Source of the DNA: Psychrobacter sp. DM4
GTDB lineage: Bacteria; Pseudomonadota; Gammaproteobacteria; Pseudomonadales; Moraxellaceae
Reading direction: 5' to 3'
NCBI RefSeq assembly: GCF_051307035.1
Contig: NZ_CP195536.1
Location: forward strand, 2,460,001 to 2,492,000
DNA length: 32,000 bases
In this document: in pieces, positions 29,532-32,000 of the stretch
Layout of the letters: each line of letters begins with the position of its first letter
Position numbering within the stretch: the stretch's first letter is position 1
Notes under the pieces: generated by a model
What the model saw: only the letters and a program-made list of their open reading frames with translations
The model's database searches: none
What the model was told of the DNA's origin: nothing
Program-made: the position numbers and the translations under genes

Positions 29532-29700
29532 CAACACATGAGAGTTATAGACGGTTTGGTTCAAAATACAGTCGGTTTGACGCAACAATAGTCTATATAA
29601 TTTGTATTCTTATCATAAAAAACTTTCACCGCCTTCGCCGATAGACGGCAAGGGTCAATCGCCGCAATGTTGCGGCATTTCAAAGCAGAGGAGTTCTGTG

Positions 29701-31098
29701 ATGTACACCAGTAATTTTAATAATTTAATCTTAAATTCAGACAGCTATAAGACCTCACACTGGCTACAATATCCGCCCGGTAGCGAATACATGTCAAGCT
29801 ATGTCGAGGCGCGAAGCGGCGACTACGATGTCGTGTTCTTTGGTCTGCAAGCCTTTATCAAAGAGTACTTACAAGCGCCTATTACCACAGCTCACATTGA
29901 CGAAGCTGAACTGGTGATAAAAGCACATGGCTTACCTTTTAACCGAGCTGGTTGGGAGCGTCTGATAGAAAAGCATGATGGACTACTACCGATACGTATT
30001 CAGGCCGTTCCTGAAGGTAGTATCGTGCCTGTCTCTAACGTTGTCTGTCAGATCGTCAATACTGATCCAGAGTTCTATTGGTTACCCAGCTACCTTGAGA
30101 CGGCTCTGCTACGTGCGATTTGGTACCCTTCTACCGTTGCCAGCTTATCCTACTATTGCAAAAATATTATTAAATCAGCACTCAAAAAGTCCGCAGATAG
30201 CATAGAGGGTTTGCCGTTTAAGCTACATGATTTTGGTGCACGCGGCGCCTCAAGTATGGAGACGGTGGCGCTTGGTAGTCTTGCCAATCTAGTGAATTTT
30301 TCAGGCACCGATAGCATGACCGCTTTGGTCGCTGCCAGCCGCTGGTACGGTATGGACAAAGACATGCCCGCCTTCTCTATTCCTGCCGCTGAGCACAGTA
30401 CGATGACCGCGTGGGGACGCGAGCGCGAAACACAGGCTTATGAGAATATGTTGGATCAATTTGGCGGGCAAGGCAACTTGATCGCTGTTGTTTCTGATAG
30501 TTATGATTTATGGAATGCTATCGACAACATCTGGGGCGATGCGCTCAAGGACAAGGTCGAGACGATGGGCGGCACTTTAGTCATACGTCCTGATAGCGGC
30601 GACCCTGCCAAAGTCGTTCGTGAAGCCTTAGAACGTTTGGCCATAAAATTTGGTACGACGACCAATAACAAAGGTTATAAAGTATTGCCTGATTATGTAC
30701 GCTTGATTCAAGGCGATGGTATCAATCCGCAAAGCCTTGGCAAGATACTCAATACGATCATGGAAGCAGGCTTTAGCGCGGACAATGTCACCTTTGGAAT
30801 GGGCGGCGGTCTACTTCAGCAAGTCACTCGCGATACTATGAGCTGGGCGATGAAGGCAAGCGCGATTCAAATTGATGGCGTGTGGATAGACATCTTTAAG
30901 GATCCGATCACTAGCCGCTCAAAACGCTCTAAAAAAGGTCGATTGGCATTGATAAAAGACAACAATGACCAGCTTAAGACTATTAAAGAAGATGACTTAT
31001 TAGACTCTAATGAAAACTTACTTCAAGATGTCTTCGTTAACGGTCAATTACTAGTCGATGATAGCCTGTTAACTATTCGGGAGCGTACAGGATGGTAG
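29701..31098 (+). CDS. nadV: Nicotinamide phosphoribosyltransferase
   Basis: MYTSNFNNLILNSDSYKTSHW... and ...HDFGARGASS... are NadV/NAMPT-like. ATG at 29701 has an AGAGGAG SD. The tracked TTG start at 29602 covers a structured leader and is probably artefactual. Confidence 0.9.
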   Translation: MYTSNFNNLILNSDSYKTSHWLQYPPGSEYMSSYVEARSGDYDVVFFGLQAFIKEYLQAPITTAHIDEAELVIKAHGLPFNRAGWERLIEKHDGLLPIRIQAVPEGSIVPVSNVVCQIVNTDPEFYWLPSYLETALLRAIWYPSTVASLSYYCKNIIKSALKKSADSIEGLPFKLHDFGARGASSMETVALGSLANLVNFSGTDSMTALVAASRWYGMDKDMPAFSIPAAEHSTMTAWGRERETQAYENMLDQFGGQGNLIAVVSDSYDLWNAIDNIWGDALKDKVETMGGTLVIRPDSGDPAKVVREALERLAIKFGTTTNNKGYKVLPDYVRLIQGDGINPQSLGKILNTIMEAGFSADNVTFGMGGGLLQQVTRDTMSWAMKASAIQIDGVWIDIFKDPITSRSKRSKKGRLALIKDNNDQLKTIKEDDLLDSNENLLQDVFVNGQLLVDDSLLTIRERTGW

Positions 31099-31934
31099 CT
31101 TCTATCAACAAAAAAACGACTAGCAAGGTCGCTGCGGTCGCAAAAGATATGCTGCTAGCACCCATATATTTATATCAGGGCAATAGAACGAAGCGTAATA
31201 CTGTACGTCTGCCTGAACCAGAAGGCGAGCGTCATGGATATGTGCAGCTAAATGGCGATGCAGATAGTATTTTACCCGTGCTAAACCTGATGCTTGTCGG
31301 TGACTCTGCGGCAGCTGGCGTCGGTAGCCAAACACAAGCGGATGCTTTGGCAGGTAAGCTGCTACCCGCACTGCAAGACAAACCGACTATTCAAATCAAG
31401 TTCAATGCGCTTAAGTGGTCAGTACAAGCCACCACGGGACATACTAGCTTTGATATCTTGCGTCGGTTGTACGTATTGCCGACACCCGACCAGTCTGTGG
31501 ACGTCATGGTATTAAGTGTTGGCGTTAACGATACAACAGCCAACGTCTCCATGTCTAAATGGCAGCAGCAAATACAAGAAATTATCGTCATTGCCCAGCG
31601 CAAGTTTGGCGTACAGACTTTGATATTTTTAAGTCTACCACTGATGGAACAGATGCCTGCTTTGCCAGTACCTTTAAATGGTTATGTCGGTCTCAAAGCC
31701 GCTCAACTCGATAAGGTTCTACAGCGTATTTGTAGTGAGTCTGAAGGGGTTCATTATATGGCAACTGATTGGGCGAGTATGATTGCTGATTATAACAAGG
31801 GTAAAGATGGACCTATCGAAAAAGAGGCTATGTTTGCCAGCGATGGTTTTCATCCAAGCTCTATTACCTACGGCTATTGGGCATTACAGTTGAGTGATCT
31901 GATCACCGAGTTGCTTGATGACTCATATTCTTGA
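31092..31934 (+). CDS. SGNH/GDSL-family hydrolase, unknown substrate
   Basis: 280 aa with block I LMLVGDSAAAGVG, block II TGHTS, block III SVGVNDT and block V SDGFHPS. The start ATG overlaps the nadV stop (ATGGTAG at 31092-31098), and a GGAG lies upstream. Confidence 0.8.
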   Translation: MVASINKKTTSKVAAVAKDMLLAPIYLYQGNRTKRNTVRLPEPEGERHGYVQLNGDADSILPVLNLMLVGDSAAAGVGSQTQADALAGKLLPALQDKPTIQIKFNALKWSVQATTGHTSFDILRRLYVLPTPDQSVDVMVLSVGVNDTTANVSMSKWQQQIQEIIVIAQRKFGVQTLIFLSLPLMEQMPALPVPLNGYVGLKAAQLDKVLQRICSESEGVHYMATDWASMIADYNKGKDGPIEKEAMFASDGFHPSSITYGYWALQLSDLITELLDDSYS

Positions 31935-31935
31935 T

Positions 31936-31986
31936 GTAGTAGCAAAGCTCAAGTAGTCGCAAATCTCAAATAGCATCACAAATAAG
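31936..31986. repeat. 17-bp tandem repeat just after the SGNH hydrolase stop codon
   Basis: gtagtagcaaagctcaa (31936-31952) and gtagtcgcaaatctcaa (31953-31969) match at 15 of 17 positions. A degenerate third unit atagcatcacaaataag lies at 31970-31986. Confidence 0.75.
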
Positions 31987-32000
31987 AATAAAAAAACCGC

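Noticed and set aside
29602-29700. TTG-initiated 33-codon N-terminal extension of nadV in the ORF track.
   Set aside because: The conserved NadV N-terminus begins at the ATG at 29701, which has a strong SD. The extension covers the GC-rich hairpins and translates to a Pro/Ser/Cys-rich peptide with no resemblance to NAMPT.

Overview
This 32 kb window looks like ordinary core genome from a moderately AT-rich gammaproteobacterium. My best guess is Moraxellaceae, Psychrobacter-like, inferred only from how the proteins look and not verified. I found no CRISPR array, transposase, integrase, phage gene or recognisable defence or toxin system.

On the minus strand, 1-9992 is one large translation/transcription block. 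In transcription order it reads rpsL promoter, rpsL, rpsG, fusA, tuf, terminator, promoter, tRNA-Trp(CCA), secE, nusG, rplK, rplA, rplJ, rplL, attenuator hairpin and the 5' end of rpoB.

The rest of the window, in coordinate order:
- An orphan EcsC-like protein (-).
- fabB and pabB (+).
- ibaG, murA, hisG, hisD and hisC (-).
- A secreted esterase (-).
- A BON-domain lipoprotein (DolP/YraP-like) and yraN (-), divergent from rsmI (+).
- A PfkB kinase (+).
- metY and nfuA (-).
- A same-strand cluster (+) of alpha/beta hydrolase, nadM, nadV and an SGNH hydrolase.

Nothing here convincingly amounts to a new biological system. The most system-like item is the nadM-nadV salvage pair bracketed by two uncharacterised serine hydrolases, with the SGNH gene overlapping the nadV stop codon.

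The other points worth a second look are non-coding:
- A perfect 16-bp inverted repeat plus a third half-site upstream of fabB.
- A promoter-like element upstream of an intrinsic terminator in front of metY.
- GC-rich twin hairpins in the nadV leader.
- Unusually long, structured intercistronic spacers in the str operon and between rplL and rpoB.
- Repeated low-complexity insertions in otherwise conserved proteins.

All functional calls rest on reading the translated ORFs and the raw sequence by eye. No searches were run.
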